From positions 65,810 to 129,809 of the forward strand of contig DF237142.1 of assembly GCA_000708835.1 (NCBI GenBank): 64,000 nt of DNA, in the 5' to 3' direction. The DNA is from Klebsormidium nitens (Eukaryota; Plantae; Klebsormidiophyceae). The notes beneath the pieces are model-generated. The model had not been told where the DNA came from, ran no database searches, and saw only the letters and a list, made by a program, of their open reading frames with translations. Position 1 is the stretch's first letter, and each line of letters opens with the position of its first letter. The position numbers were made by a program, and so were the translations under genes. This document shows, one piece after another, positions 23,071 through 35,708 of the stretch.

Positions 23071-26000
23071 TCAGTTCTTGTCTAACACCCCGAACAACAT
23101 ACTGCTCATCTGTTCCCATGTAAGCGACTCCGATAGCGCCACATGGCGGTGGCGAGACAGCAGGTTGAGCAAATTTATCTCGTGAAGCACGGCGAAACAC
23201 CTGTAGTGAAGGAGGTCGCGTGCAACTTAACGTGAGCTTGCGTCAGAGCGACACTGAGGACACGGCGATAAAAGCTGGTGTGAAGTATGACCACACGTTC
23301 ACCTCAAGCCTTTGATGACTCTACAAAGCTACTTTGAAGCTGCGAAGAAGCACGTTCTGGACCAGCAGCTTATCGTGAGGAAGACAGCTAAACGCGCCAT
23401 TCAATTCGAACCGTTTGTCAGAAGAGGACACTTACATGGCGCGGAACGAGCGTGCGTGTTGGGGGGACTTCTGCGCAGCGCCGCTCGGAGGGGAGCCATC
23501 TGGGGACAAGCGCTTATCTCCGGAATTCGTGGAGGGTTGGGAAGCGCCAAGGAATGCTGACAGCAGCTCGGGGCTCCCCCGGAAAGTTCCAATGTGCAGC
23601 GATGCAATCTCGTACAGGGGGTCCCCTGCAATCGAAAAGAGTCGTCAAATGATTGACTGCCACGTGGTTCGCTGATTTGCAAGTGTTGCAGCTCGCTAAT
23701 TATGAATCACCAACGGACGGGGAACGGGACAGCATTATGGTTTGTCAAATGCGACATAAGTCGTCACGGCCGGAACACAACTTGCTCTGGAGATTCAGGG
23801 TTTTGAAGTCGGGCAGAGGTTTTATACACGTCTTAGCAAGAAGGCTACAACAGATTTTGGCTCGTTGCTTTAGAATCGAGACGTGCAGATTGGCAGGCGC
23901 TAACCTCCCTTGGGAGGTTAGCGCCTTTCCGTTTGGGAGACTTTTAAAATCATGGTGCTCAGATCGGACCAACCTTAAGATGGTGAACGAATCCGCTTGC
24001 AGTCGCTAGGGATGTCATGCAGGATCCAAATAGGCAACGGCAATGCCCAAACACGATCAGAAATGGCGGCCAAGAAACGCCAATTTGAGGAGCTGGGCTC
24101 ACCCGTTCGCGCATCTGCGAAGTCTAGAATATGCACCGCCTCATACCGACCGCCAGTGTCCTTTGTTTCCCTCTTTTCCCGAACCACCCCCTCACCCACC
24201 TCCTTTTCCACCGGGCTTCGACATACCTCTCCATTCAAACGTTGCCCACCAACACCTTTCTCCTCGTCGTCACACCTCTTCGCTTCCCCTTCTGCCACCT
24301 TAAAACCCCCGTTCGCTGGATTAACTTCTCCACCCTCCTCCGTTCCCTCATTTTCGGCCCCCCTCCTCTTAGACATCAGAATATTATCCACCAGCAGGTC
24401 CGTGTGCAGCCACACCGGGTCCCCCCCGTCGAACTCGAGCAGCTCCACCGGGTCCTCCGGTACGTACCCCTCCGCTGACGTCAGCAACCGGTCGGGGAGC
24501 CCGAAGTCCTTCAGCCGGTCCGGCAGATCCTTGCGCTGCGCCCGGAGAAACGCGGCAAAAGGACGCCACCGGGGGGGGACGCCCAGCGCCTCAAGCGAGG
24601 GCAAGTCCACCCCCCCGCGTGATTCGGTCCCCGTGGTTGACTCGTCTTCTAGGTGTAAATTGGCGCCCGGGTTCGGTTTGTTTCCCGGGATGGCAACCGC
24701 TTCGATATGTGAATTGGTTCCGGGGTGAGAGTCAGCTCCAAGGGGAACTTCAGTCTCTAGGGGACGCGCACTGCTGGTCTTCGAAATCGTGCTTGCCGAT
24801 GCCCCATTCGATCCGTGGGGCTCCGAATGCACACCATTTGAACTTGTGCCGTTGCCCTGCTGCGATCTCAAAGCGCAGTTCCCGACGACCATATTTTGAG
24901 CCTGGGGTGCTGACGTCACTGCCGACCGTGCATGCGCTTCTCCGAGGAGCCCGTCTGACTTAGTGGCCTCGCCCGGAGCTTGATGGCTGTTTTTCAAACT
25001 GGGCTCGGCGGCAGAGAAAACTTTCCGGCGCTTTTGTGGAGGCTGCCCGGCTTGACGGTCCGGTTCGTGGGCGTCATTTGCGCAGTCTGGCGGAAGCGGG
25101 AGGGCTTGAATGAAGCCGACTTGTCGGCCCAAGAAACGGGCGAGCGCGAGAAGGTCGCCTTTCGACATCTTGTCGTATCTGCAACAGATCGGCAACGGGG
25201 CGAGATGAGCGACAAAATCTGGCCAACTAGAGCGGGTCGACAAACGGCACCTTCACTTGTCCGGTTACTAGCCAGCTCAGAGACGGACAAACGGTTCTTT
25301 TACTCGTCCGATATCAGGGAACAAAGCAAGAGTCCAGGACTTACTAAGAACATCCAAAGTAGAGCAGAAGCAAACGATCACTTCCGGCGGAATGACTGGC
25401 GTCGGTGGCTCTGAAGATGCATAGGTGGTGATGACCACTTGATTTTACATGGACACGTCACAGAGATTGCTCACGCTCAATCACAGCATACAACACTCAA
25501 AAGGGGTCACGAACGCAGGTTCGGGAGACTTTAGCCTTCGATACGACGGCGTCAGGAGAGGCTCGACTCACCGCAAGAGATAGCAAGCAGACAAGCAACA
25601 TTTGAAGACGGGAACAATCAATAATAATCCTTCATCGGCGAACTCCACCGGTAATTGAAGCTGTTCACCAAATTTTGTTTCCTTCGGCGCAAAGGGGTAA
25701 GCCTTAAGCTCAACCCTGCTCGATATGCCTGATCCGGGGAGCGGTGCTAGAAAGGACGTTGAGACACCTCCAGCAGAACCAAAAACGTCTTCTGAGATTC
25801 GAGTTTACTCGAAGGATGGATGCGACACAGTCTGTTCAGATCAACTGTCAGAGGTGCTTACACGTCACTGAATAGCGTCCCTTCGCACTCCGCCATAATG
25901 ACGTACATCCACCTCCTCTTCACGTCAGCCGTTCCGGACGGCTCCTCCACCGTTCCGTTGACATTCCGTTCCTCAACCACTTCCCCCGCCCTGCCTTTTC

Positions 26001-29000
26001 CACTCGTTCTAGTTTTTCCTTCCACCCTGTTTGCGCCGTTTCCTATTCCTGCTCCATCCTCCAAACACCCCCCAGCCGGCCCCCGTAGTCCCACCTTGAC
26101 AACCTTTCCGTTCGCATGGCCCGGTTCCGTCGCACTCTTTCCGCCGGATTTCATGTCTTCCAGCGCCAGGCTCCCGTCCTCTCCTTCGATTATTACCCCG
26201 TGACCCAAAAGGGCGGGCACCGTCCGCACCAGCGGGCTTTTGGCCGTCCGAATGAGTTCGTGCATCATCAACTCGGTCCGGAACATTCTCTCCTGCTCCC
26301 TTCCCCCGTTCTCCTCGTCCTCGTCTTCTGCATCCCGCGCTTGGCAAGTGTGATCCCTCCTGCTTTGCACATCGCCCGCGCCATTTGACAATGCTCTACC
26401 GTTTTGCAAACACTGCCCATTTCCGTGCTCGATCTTCCCATCGTCCCCATGTCCCGCACTCACCTCAGGAACCACCCCCGCCTCATCTTCTTCCAAACCG
26501 CCCCCCAAAAACACCTTGACCACCCTCCCCCCAACCCGGAACACCGCATTCCTCCCCCCACTCACTGGGAGGCTCTCCCCTCTGCTGGGGGAGGGCTTCT
26601 CGTGCGCCGCACACACAAGCGCCAGCACTTGCCGCCAGTGCTCTGCGCCGACGGTTTTGCAGGCGCAGTCCCAGATCCGACTTCGCAGGTCAGGGCGAGC
26701 CGCCCACATCTTCCGGAGAAGCTCTCGAAGGGCCGGCCGGTTGACGTAGTCATCTGTTAGGTCGGTGAAGTGTGACCAGGCAATGTCGGCGGGGGACGAG
26801 TGCTCGGGGGATGCATCAACCGAGCGGTTTTGGGCGAGGCGGCCGGCCCGGGACAGGCCCCTGTGGGCGAAACCCGGGGCCAAATCAGAGAAGACCTGCA
26901 AAGAAGCCAGTTTATTGTCAACTGGTAAACCTGAACTCAAATTAAGCCTTTACTTTCAGAGCAACCGCAATCAAGACGATCTGACACGCTGCCTGGCAGC
27001 CAAGCTGAAGAGTTACGATCCCAAACTTCGCCTTGGCAGAAACTTTCAAACCAAGCTTTCACCATAGGCTAGCTGCCTGCTAATGGGTTTGGGTGATTCC
27101 CTCGCTTTCAAAGGCTTGTGTTTGCTAATCCCGTACCCTATTTTTGGCACCCAGTACTTCCTTCTTCTGTCAGTTTCCCGAGCCGTCCAGCTGGGAAAAA
27201 GATAACAGGATCTACCCTTCTTGTTGAAGCGGCCCTTGCACACGACAATTTCTCGACTGAGCACTCCTTAAATCGAGTCTCGGGAATCACCGTCTCGAAG
27301 TTGGCCTCGTTCAGGAAGTTGTGCGTAACCGCGATCGAGTTCTCGATGTTGAGCACGCAGTGCCACCACCCCCCCGGAACGAATATGGTTTCTCCAGGGA
27401 GCTGTGTGCACTCGAGGGGCCGCTCATCCGGGGGTATGTGGGGATATACGTCCAGCCACCACTGCAAACTGGGGGGGCCGTCGAAAGATAGATCGCCGTC
27501 GTCTTCGCTCACCTGCCAAAGAAGGGTGAGAACCAAAATAGAATGATGAGAGAAAACCCATTTTTAGGAACTGTCGTTTGGCCGAAGCTTTCGTCTATGT
27601 GGCCACATTAGAGGATTCTGACGAATTTATTGCAAGCTTTCGTGCTCACCGAGGGAAGGCGTAAAGGATGACGAAAGTAACCATGAGCTTGAGGCCCAAT
27701 GTATTCAAAGTCACGTGTTCTTGATTCGCATTTGAATGCGCACAAGGACTGCGCAGACCAGCGACTCAACAAAACTGGTATGGTTTAGTGAAGCTCCTCG
27801 AAGACCCTCTTACACGCAATGCTTGGCCAGTTACTTGATATCTGTGCATGAATGGATTTTGAGTCCCGCATCAACTCACCCTGAGCGTCACGCCAGGCGG
27901 CACTCTTCCGGGGGGGTACAACGCCCAGCGTTTCTTCCCCCTCACAAGCGCGTTCCAGGCGCTCGTCAGATTTGGGTCCACGTGCCAGGCCGCCCCGGAC
28001 CGGGGGGGTCCCAGAACCAGCCACCGGAAGGGGGGCTTCAACTCCCCCTCGAGAAGCTCTAGAAAATCGTCCCCGAAAAGGGGGGGAACGGAGTAGTCGC
28101 TCAGGAGGGGGGGGGCCGTCTCGCCGTATGTGGGGTCGAAAATGTACAGGGGTTCTTCGTCATGCTGGACGCGTGTGTAAGCTGCGTAGTCGCGCAGCGT
28201 CATCTTGACCTGCGGAGTTTTCGAAGCTGGGTCAGAAACGCCATTAAAAGGCTCCGGTTGCTGGCTTGAAGGCCTCAAAGTCGTGACATTGATCCGAAGA
28301 TCAAGCATACCGGTATTCTCAAGCTTGCGTTTCCGACCTTGTTGAATTTCTGGCACTTCGAAACTGCCTGTGGCGTTCACCAGAAGTCGTTTCGTTGGCC
28401 CAGTCGGTACGTCCGTCCACCATTAAAAGAGTACTAGCTTTCAAACAGCCTTGAAGCTTTCGGTTCTAGGGCATGATCCCCTGATGAATTTCAATCTCAC
28501 GAGCCTGCAAATCGAGGAACCGAAATTTGAAAACAATCAACGTCAGACGTGACTTGGAACGTCGAGGTAGAGAAGAACACTCCTGATTGGAAAGGCAGTG
28601 ATAGTAGTCACAGAAGTCCGCACTGAGAGGCTAGCAACGACAAAGGCTGCTCTTATCTTAACTTTATTCGCAGACCGGAATATCACGGATCAATTGCAAT
28701 ACCAAGACGAGAAGGTCACAAGATTTGTTCTCTCACTTCACCTTAGCAAAGGCTTGGTTCCTGTGCGCCTCTAATACCCAACAGATCAGAAGAAAGCTTC
28801 ACAGCCTGGACACGTGCTGACAAATAACAAGAACACATCCTCACCGCTTTCCCGTGCGCTTGCGAGACTTTGAACTTGGCGTCCCCGAATCGGTCCACCA
28901 ACTTAGGCAGGGTCCACTCCTGGCTGGCTGGCCAACGCCCCACAATGTCCGTCAGAAGAACCGGCTTCTTTCCGTCAAACTCCGCAGCAAACTCCTGTTG

Positions 29001-30889
29001 CGAGATGTTGCCCCGTCGCTCGACGTGGCCGGTGTCAAAGGAGAAGGTGTGCAGGTCGATGTGGCAGCGGTACCACTGGCGGTACAGGTGCAGCGAGGAA
29101 AACCCTGGAGGGAATTGGGTTTGTTCTGCTCTAAAACACTGAACACTCTGGTTGAGGCAAAGGACGCTCAATATCCTCAACAAATGGAACCCAGAATTCC
29201 TTTGAGAAATTGGTGGCAATCGACATGAGTGTTGAACGAGGTTCTTCGTGTTGTCGAATGTAGGTATTTGTCACTCTAATGACAATTTCTATTCGTGATA
29301 GAGGAGTGGGACTTGCAGCAGACCGCCAGAAAGAGTGGATTCTGGGAAGCAATTTGGCCCCACTGATCCAACCTGGCTGTCCCTTCTAAGCTATAAGTTG
29401 CATACTCTGTCCGTCATATTATCAAAATATGACGCAGCAAATTCCTTGAAACTACGCCCAAATTCCAATCCATATTTGCAGTTGCAACATGCTCACCTCG
29501 TAAGCAGTCAAACTCAATTGAGAACGGCTAGTCGACTTTTGTTCGAAAGTGGTGACCAAGATAAGACACAGGGTCCGGCTGCTCTGAGACAAGACGCCCT
29601 CACCTTCGAACCTTCGCAGAGGGTGTGGGCTTGGCAGTGCAATCTTCATCTCCTCGGCTCGCCTGCAAGTATCAAGGCACCGAGCGTTCTTAGCCTGGCC
29701 GTCAGATGACAAATTGTTCCGCCTCCGGTTCAAAAGCTGTCCCTAAAATATGGCTATGCACACAAAGCTGACAATTCCGCCTCATATTTGCTGGAGAAGA
29801 GGCGACGATGCCTGGTCACAGAGTGGAAGGCGGCAGTCCTGTGAATGTCTTCCATATGTTTGAGTGGTTCAAACAAGGAGTACGAGGCAGGTTTGCTGTC
29901 GTCTTGCCGGTAGCCTTGAGTGGGGCACTTGGATACATTGGGTTCTAGCTGAACCTCGCCGAAGGATACAAACCTGCGGACCTCGGAAGTCAAGTTCAAA
30001 CCCAGAGAGAGAGTACAATCAAAAACCAACATCCTGTGTGAGTTTACTGCGCTTTCTAGATGTGTGACGATTAAGCTGCGACTGGGAATTCTCTTGGGGG
30101 GTGAAGTCTGCAACTCTCGGAAAAATTGGCGCACCTTGCGAGCGCAGTCTGCTTCCAAGTCCCATGGTACACCATCGGCTTGTCAGAGGGAGTGCCCAGG
30201 CACAACCGCATCCACAGAGGCTCGTCGTTGCAGAATATGTAAAACACACTGGCGAAAGCGCACATACAAGAGTCAGCAAGGATGCTTCTGCCCCTGCGGT
30301 GGCCCCAAATGCTTCAGTGAATTTTACATGAAGCCAGCTGGACTTTGACATTGCGGACCAATTGAAGGTGACTGGAAGTGATGACAAGATAGAAGCTGAA
30401 GCATGCGCCAAAATCTTAAAAGCGACAAACTTATCAGGCGATGGTTTTTCAGAATGACAAGTGCATCAGCATCTCTCCTGTGGCACATGTAGACAAACCA
30501 TTTGTGAGTCTTCAAACGCCAACACAACGGCTCCTCTTAGGTGCAGATTTTTAAAAGCCTGGTTGACAAAGCTCCTTACACCAACAGGTCTCAGAATCTA
30601 GTCCAGTTTTGCCAAGAGTCGCAAATGGGAGCTCAAGTCCTCTGCAGACAACAGGATTTGCCCTAGCAAATGCCATAGCATACATAAAGTCTGGGAGTGC
30701 TTCTCAACAGATTGTAAAGGAAGCGCCAATTCACCTGCTCACACACGCCAGCCTTTCCACCTCTTGCATGTGTAGCCCGCCCAGTATGCGGCAGATGATG
30801 TCATCTGTCAGGACTCGGAGGTTTCCCAACCCGCTGTTCCTCCTCCAATCCATGGCCGCAAGCGGAGGGATCCCTGAGTGCTGACTCAT
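23071..30889 (-). CDS. JMJ21: F-box + JmjC (JMJD6-type) + aminoglycoside-phosphotransferase-like domain protein (At1g78280/JMJ21 type), at least 1189 aa
   Basis: 10 phase-consistent exons: 30889-30735, 30248-30135, 29662-29604, 29104-28845, 28209-27880, 27512-27291, 26895-25862, 25178-24103, 23625-23436, 23200-23071. F-box: LGNLRVLTDDIICRIL..LACVS.VFYIFCNDEPLW. JmjC: WHVDPNLTSAWN..GWWHCVLN, with the H-D-H triad intact. APH: WLHTDLLVDNIL..ILDFAD..GDPLYE. A possible extra in-frame first exon lies at 31419-31195. Confidence 0.92.
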
Positions 30890-31739
30890 TAAGTACCACC
30901 TCTGTCTACTTGTAACAGGATGTGGAGCAGACCGCAAGCGGAAGACAGGAACTCAAATCCTCAAATCCTTGAGGAGTAATGTTGAGTTTTTGATACCTCA
31001 AAGCACTCTCACGCATTCCGCCCTCTTGATTTCAGAGAGTGCGCTACGATTTAACAAGCATATGTTGCCCTCCCTTTGGCCAACAGACAGATCAGCAAAT
31101 TGGCGACCACCCACTGCTTCCGGACAGAAGATACACAAAGCCTTCACGCCTCGGTTCTGCACCACCAACTGATCCCCACTGCCACCGTCCCTACCACCAC
31201 TGGCACCAGCCGGACTCGCCTCTTATTTGTTGCGGCCAACTCCGCGCTTTCAATTTGCGCTTTCAACTTCAAGTTCAAGTTGCCGAGCGGCGAGTCCTGT
31301 GCACAGTACTGCAGTGGCACTGCAGTCTGCAGCGTGCAGGCGCCCGGCCTCGCCCTGGTTCTTGCAAGCCCGTCGACGTTGTCCCGTTCCGTTGTTGAGT
31401 TTTCCGCCCCTGCCTCCATCAGATAATCATCCGGAACGCGAAAGGATTGCTCCCCATGCATGACGTGCATGTTTGCCGGATTGTTGGATTGTGCACAGTT
31501 CTGAGTTCATGCCATAATGAATTCTGTCAGAATGTATCAGCACTCGTACACAGTGTCAGTCAGAGCTCTACTTCACAGCTCTTGGGTTCATGCTATTGCC
31601 AGTAGGTCCACATGGAAGCCTTCTGAAGGCCAGTGATGGTCCAGAATGTGTCAAGAATATGTTATACAGCGGACAAAGCTTGCAATCACCATCTCAGGTA
31701 CAGGTCATGACAGAAGTCGAGTAGTAGACTACGTGCCGA

Positions 31740-31801
31740 CTTCAAAAAGTGACCTTGATCTGGTTCTCCACTTCAAAAAGTGATCTTGATTTGGTTCTCC
31801 A
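31740..31801. repeat. 31-bp tandem duplication (2 mismatches)
   Basis: CTTCAAAAAGTGACCTTGATCTGGTTCTCCA followed by CTTCAAAAAGTGATCTTGATTTGGTTCTCCA. Confidence 0.9.
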
Positions 31802-32407
31802 GAGATTCGTACATGGATTTGGCATATTATGGCGCAAACTTATCGAGTGACCATCAGTACAATGATCACCTTGCAACATTCACTAGAGCCGCTTCTTGTA
31901 ATCTACATCAAATCGTGTTAGAGCCCAGCTCTATGAAAACTTGGCCTTCGTTTTAAATATGATGTATATGGTCCCAGCAACATAACTGTCCTTGATTAAG
32001 TGCTTGGTAAGAGCTGCGGCCCATGGCTGCTTGATGGTCACTCCGTATTAATGAACGCGTGCACACCCAGGTGCATACGGCATTAGTCAGGCATGCGTGT
32101 CCGTCGCAATCAACCATGATTCCATCAGGCACTAGCTTATCAGTGATTCAACGGGCTACTACATCCAAGAAGCGAAGAACAGAAAACAAGCGCTTGGGGG
32201 AAAAGTGATGATGCGTGTAACCTCTGTTTCAATGGACCTGGTGGGTCAACATAATCAGCTCCGGAGAAAAATCCTTCAGCACCTCTTCAAAGCTTCATAA
32301 ACCTGCAATGTCTCTCAACCAGCCTCCCAGTTTAGTTCGTCTGAAGAAGGAGATTCGCGGGCATGTATTCGCAGCAAAATCTAGCTCCCAAGGAGTTGAA
32401 GACGGTC

Positions 32408-35400
32408 TTACTTCTTATCCTTGGCTCTGCTGATGTAACTACCTGCTTTTGTATCTATAATGATGTCGTCGCCAATATTTACAAAGAGCGGAACCTGAAG
32501 TGTGCCTCCAGTCTCCACCGTACAAGGCTTGGATCCACCTGAAAGCAGCCGGAGGATGTGCTCCATTATTAACCAGCTCCAAGCGAACGGAAGGACGTTT
32601 CCGGAAAGCGTGAAATATCAGCGACCTGCTTTCAGAGAGCGACCGTTCTGCGCAGGACTATGCATTGTGATTACGGGGACGCCCCCAGTATCCAGTTGGG
32701 AACGGAGGACTCACGTTACTTAAGTTTGGTTAGAGCTCCTAACCCATACTTCGACAACCTAGGTTTAGATGAGGTGGAGGTCAGGCGGGCATGAGCATCC
32801 AAATCTTTTCGCCCTTACATCAAGAGCCAATTGGCTTCCGCCCGTTTCGATATGACCGGTGGCCCCCTGCAGACCACTGCCGCAACCGCAAACTTTCTCG
32901 TAAGCTTTGAAGTTACTCGTCCGCTCAATGCAGATTCTGCACAGGTTGCTGCCCCGCCGAAGAAATCTTGCTTTCGTCAAGCGACTAACTTCGACGAGTT
33001 TCATCGTGAATCGATGGGACGCTCTCATCACTGCCGCTATTTGCCACTGCGCCATTGACCTTGCGCGGTGTCAGCTGATGCGCTCGTAAGTTCGGAAACT
33101 CGCTAAAAAATGAGTAAAGAAAAAGGGAACTATAAGAAAGAAGAACATAAGCAAGCTCACCCTGCGCAGTGTCGCCTCTGACCCCCGGGTCCGTGTCCGT
33201 GACTTTGAGCACGACCGACGACGGCAACTCGACAGCCAGCACGCGGCCGTTCCATATCACCACTTCGCACTCGGAGCCTTCCTTGAGCCACTTGTTCATG
33301 TCGCCCACGTTCTCCTTCGTCACTCGGATCTCCTCGTACGTTTCCTGGCGACACAGAAACGGAGGCATGAGCGCAAGGACGGAAAGAGACAGAGTCTCTT
33401 CAAAGGAAAGGGGATCAAAGACCGCGAGCTTTGTACATAGCTCTACGTGTCCTTTCGTAGGACGAGGCTCCCCATGAGTTTCCTGGCGACACGGAATGGA
33501 TGCGGAAGTGGAGGACAACGGAGACTAAAATATCTTCTAACGAGAGGAAACAGATGTCGCGAACGCTGCAGATGGCTGTACTTCTCCTCAGTCACAAGAG
33601 CTCCTCGTACGTTTCCTGGCGGTGGCGTTTCACGGGGATCACCAATCCACAAAAGCCGAAAACTATAAGGAGCTCGTGTCGAGCACTTATAGAGCCTGGG
33701 AAAAGACGTGGATCATCCTGGAGTGGGATTGCTAAGACTGAAAAGTTTGTAGAGCATCGAAACGTTCAGCTCTCACCATATCCATAAACACTAGTTGGTC
33801 CCCGTCATTGTACGTGTACTGCTTCGTCCGCTTGTCGACCTCCGCAGCCTCCACGCTTTCGCCCGCCCGGAACGTCTTTTCGACCGTGTTGTTGGTGATG
33901 TAGTTCTTGAGCTTGGAGCGCACAAACGCGGAGCCCTTGCCAGGCTTGACGTGCAAAAACTCTGCGAGAAGCTCCAGGGTGACGTCAGAAAAGTGACGAT
34001 CGCTTGGAAGTTGATCTGTCCTTTCTGTGAAGCCGGATGGCAGAGGGCAATCGTTGATCGGGCTTGCAATACTTCAGGGCGCTGGCTTGTGCGATTCTGA
34101 AACTCGAGACTTCATTGGATGGAGTGTCACGGCGACGCGCAGCTTTTATCACATCTCGTTGGAACGGGCTTATCTGCACCTAAGCATCGCTTCCATCTCG
34201 GAGAGCTTTGTCAAAGAGTGACATCTGAAAATAGCGGCTGTCGGAATCGTGGACAACATTAGATCGAAAAACGCATTCCTTATCCCACAGCTTATGTACC
34301 CATCTTAAGAGACCGAACAGGGTCTTTGTCTAGGTGTAGGCTTGGTGCAGAATGCACGTACCTTGCACCCTGTATGGCGCGCCATCAACTACGATGTTCA
34401 GACCCGTCTTGAAGTCATTGCTAGAGACGGTGGCCGCTCGTATACCTGCAACAGGGGCAAGCTTGTGGTTTGAGTGATTCGAGGTTTTAGGCTTAGCCGC
34501 AGCGTCAGCTTCAAAGGTGTAACTCCTTACATGCTTCTGATTCAATAGGTGGCAGGGATTACAATGGAAGTTTGATTTTGGGCCAGTCTGACGACTTTTC
34601 ATTGGATACGAAATCCTAGAGCTTTGAAAATGTATCATCAATTTCACCCTGGTAGCATTGTCAATCAAACTAGCTAAGGTGTAAAGCGTAGATAATATTG
34701 TCAGAGTGATAACCTTCCAAGCTCTCTAAAGTGCCATAAAACGTCAAGTGAATTGTCTTGTGAGCAGACACCAGTCAGCGGGCATGAAAGTCTTCTGGGT
34801 GATGCCAAAGCGTTGAGGCGCCAACAGATTCTATGAGGTTGTCAACAACGATAGAAGAGGACAGGATTCTGCTGATTCTGACCGCAGGCGCAACAGTTGA
34901 GCTGCAACTTGATATCCAGACACTGTTCCGCGACTAGACCGTGAACGTAGGAATAGCGACACCAGACCCATCAACGAATGCAACAATCAGTGCAGTACAA
35001 GAACACTGCACAGCATGCTCATACCGAAGGTGGCAGGCGACTGCCCAAGCCTGGTAAGCGCTGTGATGGATTATGTGCGGGGAGCAAGTGTTTTTAGAGA
35101 ACGCATCGGAGGAGACTCTAGGAATCTGGAGGAACCGGTACGATGGTCGGTGGTAACTCACAGGAACATGGGGACAACGCTAAATAGCCCATTCTTAGCA
35201 AGATAGACGTGTAGTGCATTCAGGAATCCAAGCTGATAGAGCCGCGATGCATTGGGTGCTGATATGCATATCTACATCTAGTGGCATTTTGAGTGGTCCC
35301 GATCAACTGTGCCACCGTTGAGCGACCCTCAAAGTGCGGACTGGTAAATGGTATACGTAAAGCTCAGCCACTACAACTCTTAAGTCGGGCTCTCTACTAA

Positions 35401-35664
35401 TCATCAGACTCCCACATTGCGTGCAACCAAAGAAGCTCCTCAGTATTGACGCTTGCACAACTTACTGATCGGGCGCCTTTCCGGCAGGCGACTCGGTCTC
35501 ATGTGCGGTTGCCTCTGCGTCCACCCCTGCGGCCCCGCCAGAAAGCTCTTGATTCCGATGAAGGAACTGGGCCTTGGTTTGAGTGCCCCCTGCATTCCGC
35601 TGGCGGGGGACACTGCCAGCCCGCTTGTCAACATTGATCGGCACCCCGCGTGGACAAGCGCCAT
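32408..35664 (-). CDS. efp: Plastid translation elongation factor P, 260 aa with transit peptide
   Basis: Exons 35664-35466, 34445-34362, 33961-33777, 33344-33161, 32538-32408. Motifs: [23 protein letters not shown] (conserved Lys loop), [38 protein letters not shown]....Y.SRA. Confidence 0.96.
33305..33700 (-). repeat. Tandem triplication of the EF-P exon-4 splice acceptor (unit about 135 bp)
   Basis: CGCCAG|GAAAC at exon-start positions 33615, 33482 and 33344 (the functional one), with spacings of 133 and 138 bp. Intronic parts of copies 2 and 3 also align. Confidence 0.9.
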
Positions 35665-35708
35665 CGTTGCAGGTGCCTAAGTCAAATGGAGAAGGATGTC
35701 GTTGTGGA

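Noticed and set aside
23200-27650. Faint acceptor echoes upstream of JMJ21-like exons (23353, 25314, 26980, 27649)
   Set aside because: Matches are short, gapped and explainable by generic splice words.
31144-31470. Stand-alone 91-108 aa ORF with a hydrophobic tail upstream of the JMJ21-like gene
   Set aside because: A GTAGGG donor at 31194 can splice in phase 0 to the CAG acceptor at 30902, so it is more simply an extra first exon. Not called as a separate gene.
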